In this document: positions 26,490-39,485 of the stretch, piece after piece | How the letters are laid out: each line of letters starts with the position of its first letter | Position numbering within the stretch: position 1 is the first letter of the stretch | NCBI RefSeq assembly: GCF_001194135.2 | Contig: NC_068985.1 | Span: 32,152,121 to 32,216,120, forward strand | Length of the DNA stretch: 64,000 nt | Source of the DNA: Octopus bimaculoides | Taxonomy: Eukaryota | Reading direction: 5' to 3' | Notes under the pieces: generated by a model | Seen by the model: the letters and a program-made list of their open reading frames with translations, nothing else | What the model was told of the DNA's origin: nothing | The model's database searches: none | Translations under genes and position numbers: made by a program

Positions 26490-26860
26490 CATCATCATCA
26501 TCATCGTCATCATCATTACTATTATCATCAATATTGTCATCATCATCTTAAGTCTGTTTTACATGTTGGAGTGGGTTGGACAGTTTGCTAAGATTTGAGT
26601 CAGTTTATATTGGAGCTACAGCACTCCCCCATATAGAGCAAAGAACCACATCTAACTCATTTTCTCATCTGATTTTCTATGTTTTCATGGGTTGGGTAGA
26701 TCTTTCCGACACAGTATTTTGCCATTTGTTGCTTTCTTTTGGCACATCTTGCATGAGCTTCAACATCCTGGGATCACCATTTTATCTCATCCAGCAGAGC
26801 ATACTTGTTTCATTTCTCTCCAACCTTTGAACAGCTTCTGACTTTAATGCCTACATAACA
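26490..26860 (-). mobile_element. RTE 3' end with (CAT)n tail, old
   Basis: (CAT)n run followed by sequence antisense to the RT C-terminus and 3' UTR. Confidence 0.6.
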
Positions 26861-26914
26861 CAACTGTGAAGCATCACCCTTTGTACACAAAGCAGTTACT
26901 CTTTACTCACATAC

Positions 26915-27055
26915 ATGTATGTGTGTATGTATGTATGTATGTATGTATGTATGTATGTATGTATGTATGTACATATGTATGTATGTATGCATGTATGTAT
27001 GTATGTATGTATGTATGTATGCATGCATGCATGTATGTATGTATGTATGTATGTG
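26915..27055. repeat. (TATG)n microsatellite
   Basis: Directly visible. Confidence 0.95.
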
Positions 27056-27587
27056 CATATACAGGTGTACCCCATATGGAAAGTTGGGTTACAGAATTCT
27101 GCTCAGATAGAAATTGCAAAGAATGTCTACTAATTTCAATAAATGCCTGTGATTCTTCCTTTATGACAACTCAGATAAATTTTAACAAATTTAAAAGCTA
27201 AAATCTTGGTTTGAACTTTTTCAAACCTGAGCTGCTTTCCTCCACCCTAACTTGTTTGCACATGTACTAATTCAACTGGCCTTGTTTTTATTGATTGCAA
27301 CATACTTTCCAGCATTTATGTACTTCCTCACTGGACTTGAGTCTTACAACTAGCTTAAATCAAACAGTGCTTTCTCCCACTTCACTCCTTCATGCCTTTC
27401 ATTCATTAATTCACTTATATCTCAGTATCCAAACAAAACAAGCTCTTTTTGTTGATACAGAACGTCACTGCTTTCTTTTGATTTTACTGTTTTACTATTT
27501 GGTGTACAGTTTTTGTTCATTAATGCTGCTGTTGGATTTAACTTCTAACTCCTAAGGTGTACCTTACATTCATCCTAGATTACTGAA

Positions 27588-28900
27588 ATGAAACCAAAAA
27601 ATCGAAGTGGAGACATAGTGCTAAAAAGGAGTCATAAACGTATTATGCTGGGCAAAAACTCAGCCATATTACAAAATCATTAACACTAGCAATGTCTACA
27701 ATGAGAAAAATACATGACAAGACAAAAATTTGGTCAAGTGCTCAAGCAGTTCCTCCATTAAATGCAGGAATATTGTTTTCTGATTGATTTGAGGTGATAC
27801 CTAAAATAGTGCAGCACCTCAGTGTGGATCAAGGATCAGATTAGACTGAACGTGTCATAACACATAAGGGTCATTAAGGGACAGCTACAAGTTTGTACCA
27901 CAACTTCCAGAAAGTAGAAGGTACAACTTCCACTGCCAAACCTTTTCTTCCTTGTAAAGATTGCTTTGAAAGGTATTTAAGATGCCTAAATTTGTGCAAT
28001 ATTAAAATGACAGGTGCAGCTGCAAGTGTTGATACAATAACTGCTTTGATTATTCTGAGCTGAAGAAATTACTGAATGAAGTTATACACACTAACTAGTT
28101 TTACAATGCTGATGAATCTGGACTTTCTGAGAAGCACATATCTACTTGGACTTTTATTTCTGGTAAAGAAAAATTAGCATAACACTTCCAGGTTTTCAAA
28201 AATATCTTGATGCCTCTTGTAGGAGTATGTGCTACCAGTGATTTGAAATAAAAGCCACTACTTGTGTATCACTCCCAAATTCCAAGGGCTTTCAAGAGTA
28301 AGGTTAAGTTTAATTTACTTGTGATTTGACATTCATGTAAGAAGGCTTGGATGGCTATGAAAATGTTCAAGTTTGCCAGTCATTTTCTTTCTCTACTGTA
28401 GAAAGCTGCAGTGCCAAGCATAATATTTTCAACAAAGTATTACTCATTTTAGACAATATACCAAAGCTATTTAGTGAGGTTAAATGAGACAGTGAAAGTG
28501 GAATATATCTCCAGGAACCCAGCATTTATGCTCCATCCAATGAATCAATGTGTGACAGCTAACTTCAAAGTATATCATCTGAAATGAACTTCAAAACAAC
28601 TCACAAAAACAATTGATGAAAGGATAAACATTTATAATAAGAAACTTCTTTAAAAAGTTCAGCATTATAAGACGCAGTAGATAACATAGCAATGGCCTGA
28701 CTTTACCTGTGACTTTATGAATTTTTTTCCTACTGAATGTCAGCATCGACTTCAGCATAGTATTGCAACACAGGCAAATGATAGTAAGTTGAGGTCAAGG
28801 AACTTGAGTCTCATAAAGAAAATTTGTCTAATTTAGAAGCTGATTTTCCTAGAACAAGAGCAAGCCACAAAACAAGAGAATATAGACATTCCACCCACTC
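27588..28900 (+). mobile_element. Degenerate Tigger/pogo (CENP-B/DDE_1) transposon
   Basis: FYNADESGLF (~28100), LLILDN (~28440) and LHPMNQCVTANFKVY (~28530) correspond to the Tigger catalytic motifs. Multiple stops. Confidence 0.85.
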
Positions 28901-29125
28901 TACATCAGTGACTACAAAGAACATGGTTAATGGGTTGGCACTTACAGAGGAAGGTCAGTAAGTCTCTGCTAACAATGACCTTAATTGAGAACATGACATT
29001 ACGAAAAGAGTTTTCTTTCCCAAAATTTTGATCAGACATATCTGAATTTATAATGTGGAAATTAAAGAAAAATGGATTTAGTGCCATGGAAAGATTTTCA
29101 GCAATGCAGAATTTAATACCTGGAA

Positions 29126-29172
<47 letters not shown>

Positions 29173-30599
29173 AATGATAATGATGACAATATCATCATCA
29201 TCATCATCATTATCATTTTAATGTCCACTTTTCTATGCTTACATGGAGCAAATAGAATTTGTTGAAGCAGATTCTCTTTGGCTGGATACCATTCCTGTTG
29301 CCAAAATCTGACCATTGGAGTTCCACATAATCAAGTGCGTTTTTATACTGTTTGTGACATATGTATGTATTTTGTTTATATTTAATTTTATCTCTGTTTT
29401 TTTTTTTGACATGAAATCAATACTTATATCAATTATGAAAGCTATACTTACAGCAAAGCATTAAACTAGAATTAACATACAAACAATATACACATGTCAC
29501 CAACAAGATAAACACAGTGTTAATGATTTGTGAATCCAACAGCCAAAATATTTGCCTGATTATGTAGAATCCTAGTGGTCAAATTCTGATGGCAAAGTCT
29601 GTATGAACAAAAGTTGTTCACTGTAAACAAGACAGCACCTGCTGATGAACCGGAGATAGTTTGGAAATGTCAATAAAAATGAATTTACAAACTTTCTATT
29701 CCAAACAAAATGCAAGGTTGTTATAAAAAGATTTGAAAATAATTTTAAAAGCAGAATAAATTAGAACATGTTTTCAATATAACACATCTGTATGTGAGCT
29801 TGTATGTATGTACAGAGATAGAAAAAAGAGAGAAAATACGTGTGTGTGTGTGTGTGTGTGTGTAGCAACACTTTATAACTTGAACTACTAGGGTACTGAA
29901 AGAAGGTCCACCTGAAGAAAGCCACTAAGGAGCTGAGAATAGCTCATGGTAGTTACAGTTGACAAGGGACTACAAATGGAACTCCTTCTGTAGGTGAAAG
30001 CTTATTCACCCCTCACTACTTCACTCAGGCAAAGCATGCATGAAAAATTACACAGATGTGTAGAATGATCCAGTGGTGATGCTGGGCTTTGTATTTTTTT
30101 TCAACGCTCCCATGGTTACCAAGATAATCTACTATAATAATACTCTTGTGTTTATGAATGAGAAAGGGAGGGGTGGATAGATGAATAAAGAAGGAAAAGG
30201 TGATGTTATATTGTTTTCATAGCTCGCATGGTCACTGATGAATAAGGAAGGAAGGGGTGATGTCATATTTGGTAGTGAGATGATGAAAATTGTACGCTGA
30301 AAAAAATAAATCAAACAGCGTTTCAACTCTGTGTGAGTATATGTGTGTGTATGTAAAGGGGGTTATGTGAATGTGTGTGTGTGTGTGTGTGTGCGTGCAC
30401 GTGTTTGTGTGTGTGTGTGTGTGTGTGCATGTGCACGTGCATTGGAAGTGGGATGGTTAACATTCAATGCTGAAAATAAAAATCAAACAGCGTTTCAACT
30501 CTGTGTATTTGGTATTTACTTATCAGCTCTTGTATTTAGTCACGGCCAGCTTTATGTGGCCTTAAGTCGGACCAGAAGGAAGGAAAACTTCCATCTCCT

Positions 30600-31389
30600 C
30601 TCTCAACATTACAGTTTACATCAGCGGCAACAGGATTGCAACATACAATTTCAAAACCAAGCAAGATATCATTTTATACAACAAGTTGCCTACTGTAGTT
30701 GGAAATGAAGTAAACTTTGAGGAACGAAAGCTTGCAATTTTGTAGTGGCTGGAGTGACCCAATAAGATGGTACACCTGTCCCTGGACTTTGAAAGTAGAC
30801 ATCCAACCACTGTCTGTGACAACGTTAGCCCCGAAAGAAGTCATCTGAAACGCACAATTGTAATTTCTGATGATTTGAAAGAATTTTGATGACCTTGAGG
30901 CAGAAGCAGTAAGTAGTTCCTTCAAAGGTGTGGCAGTTCTGGAAAGTGGGCGAGCTGACCTTACCGTTTAAGCAGCACATTCCAGCTGTCTCCCAGCCCA
31001 CATTTTAGCATTGCAGAATTGGCAATTGAAGCACATTTCCTCTATATTTATGTCAGTGCGGATGGAGTAATTAAAGTTTGGTTCATACTTGAAAGCCCGT
31101 TGGTGCCAGTAATGGCTGTTGGTACTCATCACATCGTGGGCAGCTTCTCGCCATCGATCGTTCTGCTGAAACGTAGAACGTAGCTGGTGTTGGTCGTGTG
31201 AAGGTCTTGCAGCAATAGCAGAAAACACATTTGCAAATGATAATGCACAAATTGCACTGCACGTAAGGCACTCTGTGAAAGTGTAAAAGCAGTTTGGCCG
31301 GAGGACTCGTTTGCAAATGCTCTAATTGCCTTTAGTGCCAGTGCTGATGTGGTATGACGACTGAGGCAACTTCTCTTTTTCGGTGGCAT
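30600..31389 (-). mobile_element. Helitron Rep/helicase N-terminal remnant
   Basis: AFQMTSFGA...FKVQGQVYHLIGSL...FLKVYF (30674-30925) is a hallmark Helitron Rep N-terminal motif. It is preceded by CQFCNAKMW and MPPKKR. Frameshifted. Confidence 0.9.
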
Positions 31390-31579
31390 TGAATGTCCAA
31401 AAGAAAGAGTGAAAGTACAGAAAAATTGTCTTGGAAAGTATGCGTAAAATTGAAGGGGGAAAATGTGATAAGAAACGGCAAAGAAATAGATAAACTGACA
31501 GGTATTAGTATGTATGTGTGCATTTGTATGTATGTGTGTATTTGTATGTATGTATGTATGAGTGTGTATTCTCTGTTTA

Positions 31580-31702
31580 TATATATGGTAGTAAGTAAAT
31601 GTGTTTTAAAAAAGATTTTGAAGAAACTCACAGTTTGTAGGAAAGAAATGTTTGACTGAGTTTTTGGAAAATCTTTTTTCACATTTACTTATTACCATAT
31701 AT
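31580..31702. repeat. Small fold-back (MITE-like) inverted repeat in TA context
   Basis: TATATGGTAGTAAGTAAATGTG..AAAAAAGATTTT..AAACTC (31580-31629) is an imperfect reverse complement of 31658-31702. Confidence 0.75.
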
Positions 31703-31962
31703 ATATATATATATATATATANNNNNNNNNNNNNNNNNNNNNNNNNNNNNNNNNNNNNNNNNNNNNNNNNNNNNNNNNNNNNNNNNNNNNNNNNNNNNNN
31801 NNNNNNNNNNNNNNNNNNNNNNNNNNNNNNNNNNNNNNNNNNNNNNNNNNNNNNNNNNNNNNNNNNNNNNNNNNNNNNNNNNNNNNNNNNNNNNNNNNNN
31901 NNNNNNNNNNNNNNNNNNNNNNNNNNNNNNNNNNNNNNNNNNNNNNNNNNNNNNNNNNNNNN

Positions 31963-32276
31963 AGACTCCAATCTGATTTGGCAGAGTTTCTACAGCTGGA
32001 TGTCCTTCCTAACGCCAACCACTCCGAGAGTGTAGTGGGTGCTTTTACGTGCCACCTGGCATGAAGGCCAGTCAGGAGGTACTGCCGGGTGGCACGTAAA
32101 AGCACCCAATACACTCTCGGAGTGGTTGGCATTAGGAAGGACATCCAGCTGTAGAAACTCTGCCAAATCAGATTGGAGTCTGGTGTAGCCATCTGGCTCA
32201 CCAGTCCTCAGTCAAATCGTCCAACCCATGCTAGCATGGAAAGCAGACGTTAAACGATGATGATGATGATGATGAT
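31963..32276. mobile_element. Head-to-head pair of young RTE-tail retroposon copies
   Basis: 94-bp arms (31963-32056 and 32088-32181) with 2 mismatches and a 31-nt spacer. The right copy ends in ...GTTAAAC(GAT)n. Confidence 0.9.
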
Positions 32277-32759
32277 ATATACACATATACATATACATCA
32301 TGTGATTGACCAGGCTACTGGATGCTGCACTTTGCATTGTTTTAGCTTTTGAATGCAGGCCAACATTCCTCCTGATTGGAGAGTTAGTTCACCACAGGGT
32401 TACCCATTTACAGCTCAATGAATCGGTGCAATGTGAAACAAAGTCTTTTGGTTCAGAACACAATGCACCGCTTGGTCTGGGAATTGAATCCATGATGTAG
32501 TGATCGTGAGTGCAACACCCTAAGCAACAGGCCACATACCTTCACATGTATGTATATATATATATATATATATATAAAAACAAATAGTAAATGAGTATAT
32601 GCATATATACGTACAGATATGTGCATACCGACATCCACCTGTATGTATAGGTGCATATCTGGGTACAGGACATTGCAAACAAACGTAGACGAGAAAACAC
32701 ACGAGCCACATAGAGAACATTCTACTTCATCAGCTACCCACGTTTTAACACCGGCGTTT

Positions 32760-34390
32760 CAATATATATATCACTATACTTGACATTTGTTGATATAGAG
32801 AAAGCTTTTGACTGGGTCCCCTGCTCCCTCATCTGGTGGTTGCTACAGAAGATAGCATGGTGTGGATGAGTGGCTAGTGAGAGCCATCCAAGCCATGTAA
32901 AGGAATGCTGTCAGTAAGGTAAAATTTAGCCATGATTATTGCAATTAATTTAGTGTGCAGGTAGGAGTGCATCAAGGCTCTCTTCTCAGCCCCTTCTTCT
33001 TTATCATAATCCCTCAGACCATAAGAGGAGAATTTAAAACTGGTTGCTCGTGTGAGCTTCTCTATGTGGATGACCTTATTCTTATAGCTAAATCTATAGT
33101 AGAATTAGAGAAGAACTTTCAGGTTTGGAACTGGAATTAAAGGGCCTTAGAGTTAGTTTAGCAAAGACCAATGTACTAGTAACCAGCAGAGCAGACAAAT
33201 TACTAATCTCTTCAGGGAAATGACCTGGAGGCAGAAATTCCATATGGTGCACCCAGTGCAAGGTATGGACACAGAGATGCAGTAGAATCATGGGAAGGTT
33301 AACAACGTGCTGGATGTGCAGGAACAATAAATGCTAAGAACACACAGGAAATAGATTTCTTCCAATGCCTGGGGGATCCTTGGAGGTAGAAGATAGTTTC
33401 CATTATCTAGGTGACCAAATTAGCAATAGAGGAGGATGTTCTGAAAGCATAATTGTCAGAATTAGAACTGGCTGGGCAAAGTTCAGTGAAATGTGGACTG
33501 TGACTTAAGAAGACGTGATGGCTTGAAAGAAATGAAGCCACATGCTCCATTCAATGTACAATGTCAGTGTACATGTATTACAAAGTGTAAATATGTTGAA
33601 AGAAAAATTGTGTCTAAGAGTCATCAGTTGTAATGTGCAAGAGAGAAGATTATTGCTGGTATGATCATGTGATGCATGTGGATAAAGACAGCTGCATAAA
33701 GAAAGCTGATCTTTAAATGTGGAGGGAACTTGTGGAACAGGAAGACCCATGAAGAAGTGTGATGAAGTGGTGAAAAATAATCTTCAGACGTTGAGCCTTA
33801 TAGAAGATATGACAAAGGACTGAGATGACTGGCAATTTGCTGTGCTTGAGAAGACACACTCAACTAAGTAAAATTGAGGTCATAAAGGCATGTAATCTAT
33901 GTCCACTCCCTTGCATACAAATGTGTCCCTGACAAATCTCTTATCCTCAATCAATGTTTCAAACACCTTCAGCCCCACCATAAAGGAGGTGTTTGTATTC
34001 CCCTCCCATCTATTTTCCACTCTCTCTTCACACCCTTGCAAACTTACTTGCATACAACATGTCCCTGTTGAATCTCTTCCTCACAACATATCCTCCTAAC
34101 ACCCTCTCCTTCTATTTGTGTCCAATCACTACATTTCTTCCTCTTCATCTCCTATTCTCACAAATTTACCCACCCACTCACCCTATCCAACTCTGGGTGA
34201 GTTATTTGACAACCTCACTGCTGATGGTACCATGTTATATGCACCTAATACACCCTGTAATGTGGTCAGTGTTAGGAGGGGCATCCAGCTGTAGAAACCA
34301 TGCTAAAGCAGACAGTAGAGCTTGGCACAGTCTTCTGACAAACCATCCCAATATCTCTAGCAAGAAAACACTATGAAGAGAAAGTCAAAA
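32760..34390 (+). mobile_element. Degenerate RTE LINE (RT to 3' UTR)
   Basis: VGVHQGSLLSPFFF...LLYVDDLILIA (32955-33140); later RLLLV*SCDA and a 3' UTR copy at 34250-34390. Confidence 0.85.
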
Positions 34391-34766
34391 TGAAGAAATG
34401 CTATGGTTCCATCTTATGGAACTTGATTGGGAAGACTTTTGTTGTAGTGTCATCAATGTGCTGCAAAAGCCTACAATACATGATGACGGTGATATATATA
34501 GATAACAGGATTATTTCAGTTTCCATCTGCCAAATCTACTCAGAAGGCTATGGTCAACCTGGGGCTGTAGTTGAAGACACTTGCCTTAGGTAGCTGGGAA
34601 GCAAACTTCTTAAATACACAGCCATACTTGTGCCTATATATATATTTTTTCATTCATTCATACACATATTCTATATGTTATACATATATGAATACATGTG
34701 CATGTGTATGTGTATTATCATTTTCATTTAGCATCTACTTTCCATGCTGGCATGGGTCAGACGAAT

Positions 34767-34826
<60 letters not shown>

Positions 34827-36480
34827 TTCTGGATATTTATACATAATACATAAAACTACATATTTACAACCTATTATGTATATATATTTGTATAGCATCA
34901 TCATCATTACCATTATCATCATTATTTCACTTCTACTTTCCATGCAAGCTTGGTTTGGATGTTTTGACAGGATCCAATAGTTGAAAGATCAAGGTAGCTC
35001 CACTATGTCAATTTTGGCTTGGTTACTGTGGTGATATGCCTTTCTTAATGCTAGTTATATTACATAGTGTACTGAGTGCTATTTTTTTCATATCACTAGC
35101 ACTGGTGAGGGTACCATGTATTTTGGAAGACTAAAAAGCCTCTACTGAGTAGGAGTGTAGTAGAGAGGAAAGTGAATTTATGATAGGTGTTTAGAGGTTG
35201 ATATAATGATTGAAATGACAGGAACATGTTTGGTATTGTGGAAGAGATATGTGGCTACCCCACATAACGTAAGGTTGGATGGGAGTAATTGAGGTACAGC
35301 CAAAAATAAAAATAAAAATAGAGGTATCTGAGCATACAACCAAGGAACAAGAACATGACGAGAATAGATTGTTGGGATAAATCTGGATGAGTAGGTGAGT
35401 AAAAGTTGTAAGAGTGTAGGGTAAGAATGAGAGGTTTTATAAGGGGTAAGGGGGGGGCATGTAGTAAACGATGAACTAGGGTGGAGAAGTGATTCATAGT
35501 AAATATGAGTAGGTTAATTAAATAAGAAGGAAGTATGGGTCTTAATAGAAGTTGCTCAGGGGAGAGGAAGTGATGGCTGGCAGTACAGAAAGTGTGAAGG
35601 GCAGCAGAATAATACAGTAAAAATGGAAGGCTTTTTATGCTGGCATGAATTAGACAGCTCAATAGAATTCAGTGAGTTGGAGGGTCAATTTTTGCTGCAA
35701 TGTCTCAGTTTTGACATGATTTCTATGGTTATATGCTTTTTTGTCATGGCACAAGAACTAGTGAAATTACTTGCTATCTTTGTTAACTTGAAAGATTAAA
35801 GAACCTCTATGACTGAAAGAGAAATTAGGAGAGAGGGTGGTTTCTTTAGGCAAAGTATTATGAAGTTAAAAGTATGACAGAAGAAATAGGGTTATTGTTA
35901 GTGGAAGGTGTTCCTGGAAAGACAAGCAGAAACTGTAAGAGAGGGAAGTAATGGAAGAAAGGAGAAACAGTTGTGTCAGGAGACATTAATGAGCCGCAGA
36001 GAGATAGGAGGACAGTTGGGTTTTTTTTACAGGAGGAGATTCAGAGCTACCTCCAACTGCACATTATATGTGGGTGGATGGAGAATGAGAAATAAAGATG
36101 ATAGTGATGAGGAGCCAGAACATACTCTCAAGGTAACTTGTTCAAGAGGGTGAATAAAAGAGAGCATGGTCATAGAAGAATCAGGAAGATATATGTGTAT
36201 GTGTGTGTAGGGATGAATACGTATATGTATGTACATGTGTTCATATGTATGAATACACACACACACACACACACAAGCAGACAGATGGAGATATAGATAG
36301 GTAGATGCAGATATATTGATATACCTATATATGTGTGTGTGTGTGTGTGTGATATTTTCTGTTTGTCTTTTTATTTAATCCTGAAAAAAAAAAACCCAAA
36401 TATATATAGATCAAAATAAAGAGGGATTAATAAGAGATTGTATAAAATCCATTATATTTGTGTTTGTATGTGTGTGTGTG

Positions 36481-36559
<79 letters not shown>

Positions 36560-36561
<2 letters not shown>

Positions 36562-38400
36562 TCTTTCCTTTCCTGAGCGTTCAGTAACACAATATCTGTA
36601 TCACGTACTCGCGTTGTTTTTTTTTTTTTTTTTGTCGTTTTTCTTGTTTGAACTCACTATGTATATTGGTTAGTTGTCCTTAAGTCAGAAAAAAGCACAG
36701 TATGCCATCATCACTATCACACACACACAATGTATGTGCGTGCGCGTGTAGATACTTATAAGATCAGTCTTAGATGTAAGACACTTTTCTTCTGCAACTC
36801 CTTTATATAATTCGTTTTGTTTTAATCTTGTTTTAATTTTCCAGAGAAAATTGTGAATAAAGTAAGAAAAGAGAGAGATTAATCCATTTTTCTGTGCCAA
36901 GACAGCACTGGACCCCTAACAATTTATTAAGAAGTGACGTACTCAATTTCTGCCAGAATAACGTATCTCCACGATTAGTAACTTATTTCATGTATCTCAA
37001 AAGGAAATCTTTTGGCTAAAACAACTAACAACCTTCTTACCTCACCCTTGTTAACAAATACAATTCCAAGTGACAAAGACAGCACTAACATTGAACACTT
37101 GTGATTAAGGAATTGTTAGAAATGACTCCGTTGTTCTGTCGCCCGCACTATCCCTAGATTTCAGACGAGATTACAGAGCAACTGATGCTAAAGAAACGTA
37201 ATACTACAATATATATTCTTTCCTCGCTTGAATCTGTCAAAAAAAAAAGTGTTACGTTTACTCTCTTCCTCCCTTTGTGTGGGTGTGTGTGCATGTATGT
37301 ATGTAAGTATGTATATTCGCGCGCGCACGCACTCGTAGGTACGTGTACACATACAGACACGCACTATCTTTTCATAGTCACCGCCTGTCACCACAATGTA
37401 TATATTTACTGAAAATAATCGAAATTCATGCTAGTTGGTTTTTCATTTATTTATTTAATAAAACTTTTCGCAGTTGTGCTATTTCTGCACACAGCTGATC
37501 GACCACTGTTAGACTGGCACGCACACTCAGTCATACACTCAGACGAAACTTGATGTCAAAGCATTCTTTTACGCTATTTCTAAATTGTCTAGTAGTTCGG
37601 ACGTTTTCAAAAATATTTTTCCATATAAGTGGACGACACTTTGTTTCTCCTTTTAACACACGTCAAACAAATTACAAATATCTAACTCATTGTCTTCTGT
37701 GTGTCATTTTGCAACGAAATGTTGACAGCTAGTTAGCCTGTGGCCTAAAACTACAAAATTTCTAGCCCGTTGATTTGCCAAGGGATATATTGAAATTAAT
37801 TATAAAGAAAATTATGTCAGCCAAGGAAATTAAGCTAAAACCAAATATAAATTTCCTGGAAATGATTATAATAAGTTATTAAAACGCGATGGTTTAGAGT
37901 GGAATATAATAATTCTTCTCTGTCACCCATCTACTTTCGTTATTCTACTTGATGTTACAAACTTCAATATACCTTATTGAAACTTATTAACGACGTGAAA
38001 GTATCATCCGAAATTAAATAAGGTTTGTTATATTGTTTTATATTCGGGTATTTTCTAATTATAGTGTGGGATAAAAAAAAATGCAAGAATTGGTACAACT
38101 GTCAACAGTTTACTAAAAATAACAAAAAACTACACACTCCATCAGTTTCCGAATGTCTTTATTATAATGCAGCCTCTATTTTAGGTCAATTTAATTCCTT
38201 TATACCCGCGAAAAAATATTGTCAGGCCCTTTAAAGAGCCTGAATTATATGTAAGAAATAGGAAGTGGTGAAAGGGAATGGTGCGCTTTCTTCCACCCCC
38301 CTCTCTCTCTTAATTGACTAGCCCTTGTCGTTTCTTTCAATAGCAGAATTCTTATTTTGGATAAAATTCAACTGTATTTTGCTTGAATTGACCAGGTATT
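36560..38400. promoter_or_regulatory. CpG-retaining probable promoter region upstream of the KCTD gene, possibly bidirectional
   Basis: Many CpGs relative to the left flank. Minus-strand tandem donors AAGG|GTGAG|GTAAG at 37045/37040. Plus-strand donor candidates at 38251 (GTAAGA) and 38396 (CAG|GTATTG). Confidence 0.45.
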
Positions 38401-39007
38401 GGTGATTGCTTTTAAAATTCCAGTTCATTTAACAAGTTGATGTTTATGTCTGTTTTTCTTCTTTCAAATTAGTGAGGGGATGATCAACAGTTAGAACATA
38501 TTTTGAAATTGTTTATAACTTTTTGGTATACTGATATAATATGTAAAAGGATTGAGATTTAGATATACTTTGTTTATTCTTTTTTAAAGAAGAAAAATAC
38601 TCTAGTTAGATTCTGAAGATCAGTAAATTAAAAGTAATTGCCGTTAAAGAAAATATAGCCTTTAACATTTAGGTAATGATAATGAAAAGTTTCTTTAGAT
38701 TTGGCATCAAAATGTCATTCAATATTTGTACTTACTAATGTGCAGTTATTCTAGGATATTTTTTCTGAATTTATTTCAAATGTGTTAGTAATTATCAATG
38801 ACATTACTACTGGACTGGCTTATGGAATCTAGAGAAGTATTGGACCTTTCGAAATTATCAAAATTAAGAGATTTACTTTTTAGGAATTTCAAATCAGAAA
38901 CATTCTGCTTAGCGTGATAAATTTTTGTAAAGTTTGTTAAGATTAAAAACAAAATTTGTGTTTTCTAACAGACTCGTCCAACGGAACATATTTTTTTTAT
39001 TTTGCAG

Positions 39008-39120
39008 ATTATTTCCTTCAATAATTTCCAAACTTTATGGCATTCTCTACGAAAATATATTTTAATATACTCATAAAACGTTGAAGATTAAAATTTAAGA
39101 AAGAATACCCATATATTTTG
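39008..39120 (+). other. Candidate 5' UTR exon of the KCTD gene
   Basis: Acceptor TTTTTATTTTGCAG| and donor TTG|GTAACA. It has an in-frame TGA relative to the KCTD ATG, so it is non-coding. Confidence 0.5.
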
Positions 39121-39309
39121 GTAACATCACATAATAGTCACATAAAAAAAGTTTGACATATGTTAAACTTGCTACATTTGTCCATAGTTTGGAACTCCAG
39201 GTTTATTCCAACTGTTTTCGCTGCATACAGCAGTAAGAATTCTCACAAGAGAAAGTTTTGACACAGGAAACTGAATAAGTATACAAAGAGAGCTGCATTT
39301 CAGGTTGCG

Positions 39310-39485
39310 ATGGCTGACAGAAGGATTGTAAAATTAAATGTTGGCGGTATGTTTTATACGACTACTCGCGAAACATTACTTAGTCAGCCGGACACCTTGT
39401 TCTACGAAATTCTATCCAAAGAATCCAATTGGCCTCGAGACGAACGAGGAAGTTATTTTGTGGACAGAGATGGACACTTGTTCAG
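39310..39485 (+). CDS. KCTD-family BTB/POZ (T1 tetramerisation) domain protein, first coding exon
   Basis: MADRRIVKLNVGGMFYTTTRETLLSQPDTLFYEILSKESNWPRDERGSYFVDRDGHLF(R) contains the LNVGG and DRDG motifs diagnostic of KCTD BTB domains. Acceptor TGCATTTCAG| at 39303; phase-2 donor AG|GTAAGG at 39486. The paralogue cannot be assigned. Confidence 0.93.

Noticed and set aside
26866-27201. Dipeptide/tetrapeptide-repeat ORFs (CMYV, YI, HT, SL, poly-I and similar) throughout the window
   Set aside because: They are translations of microsatellites.
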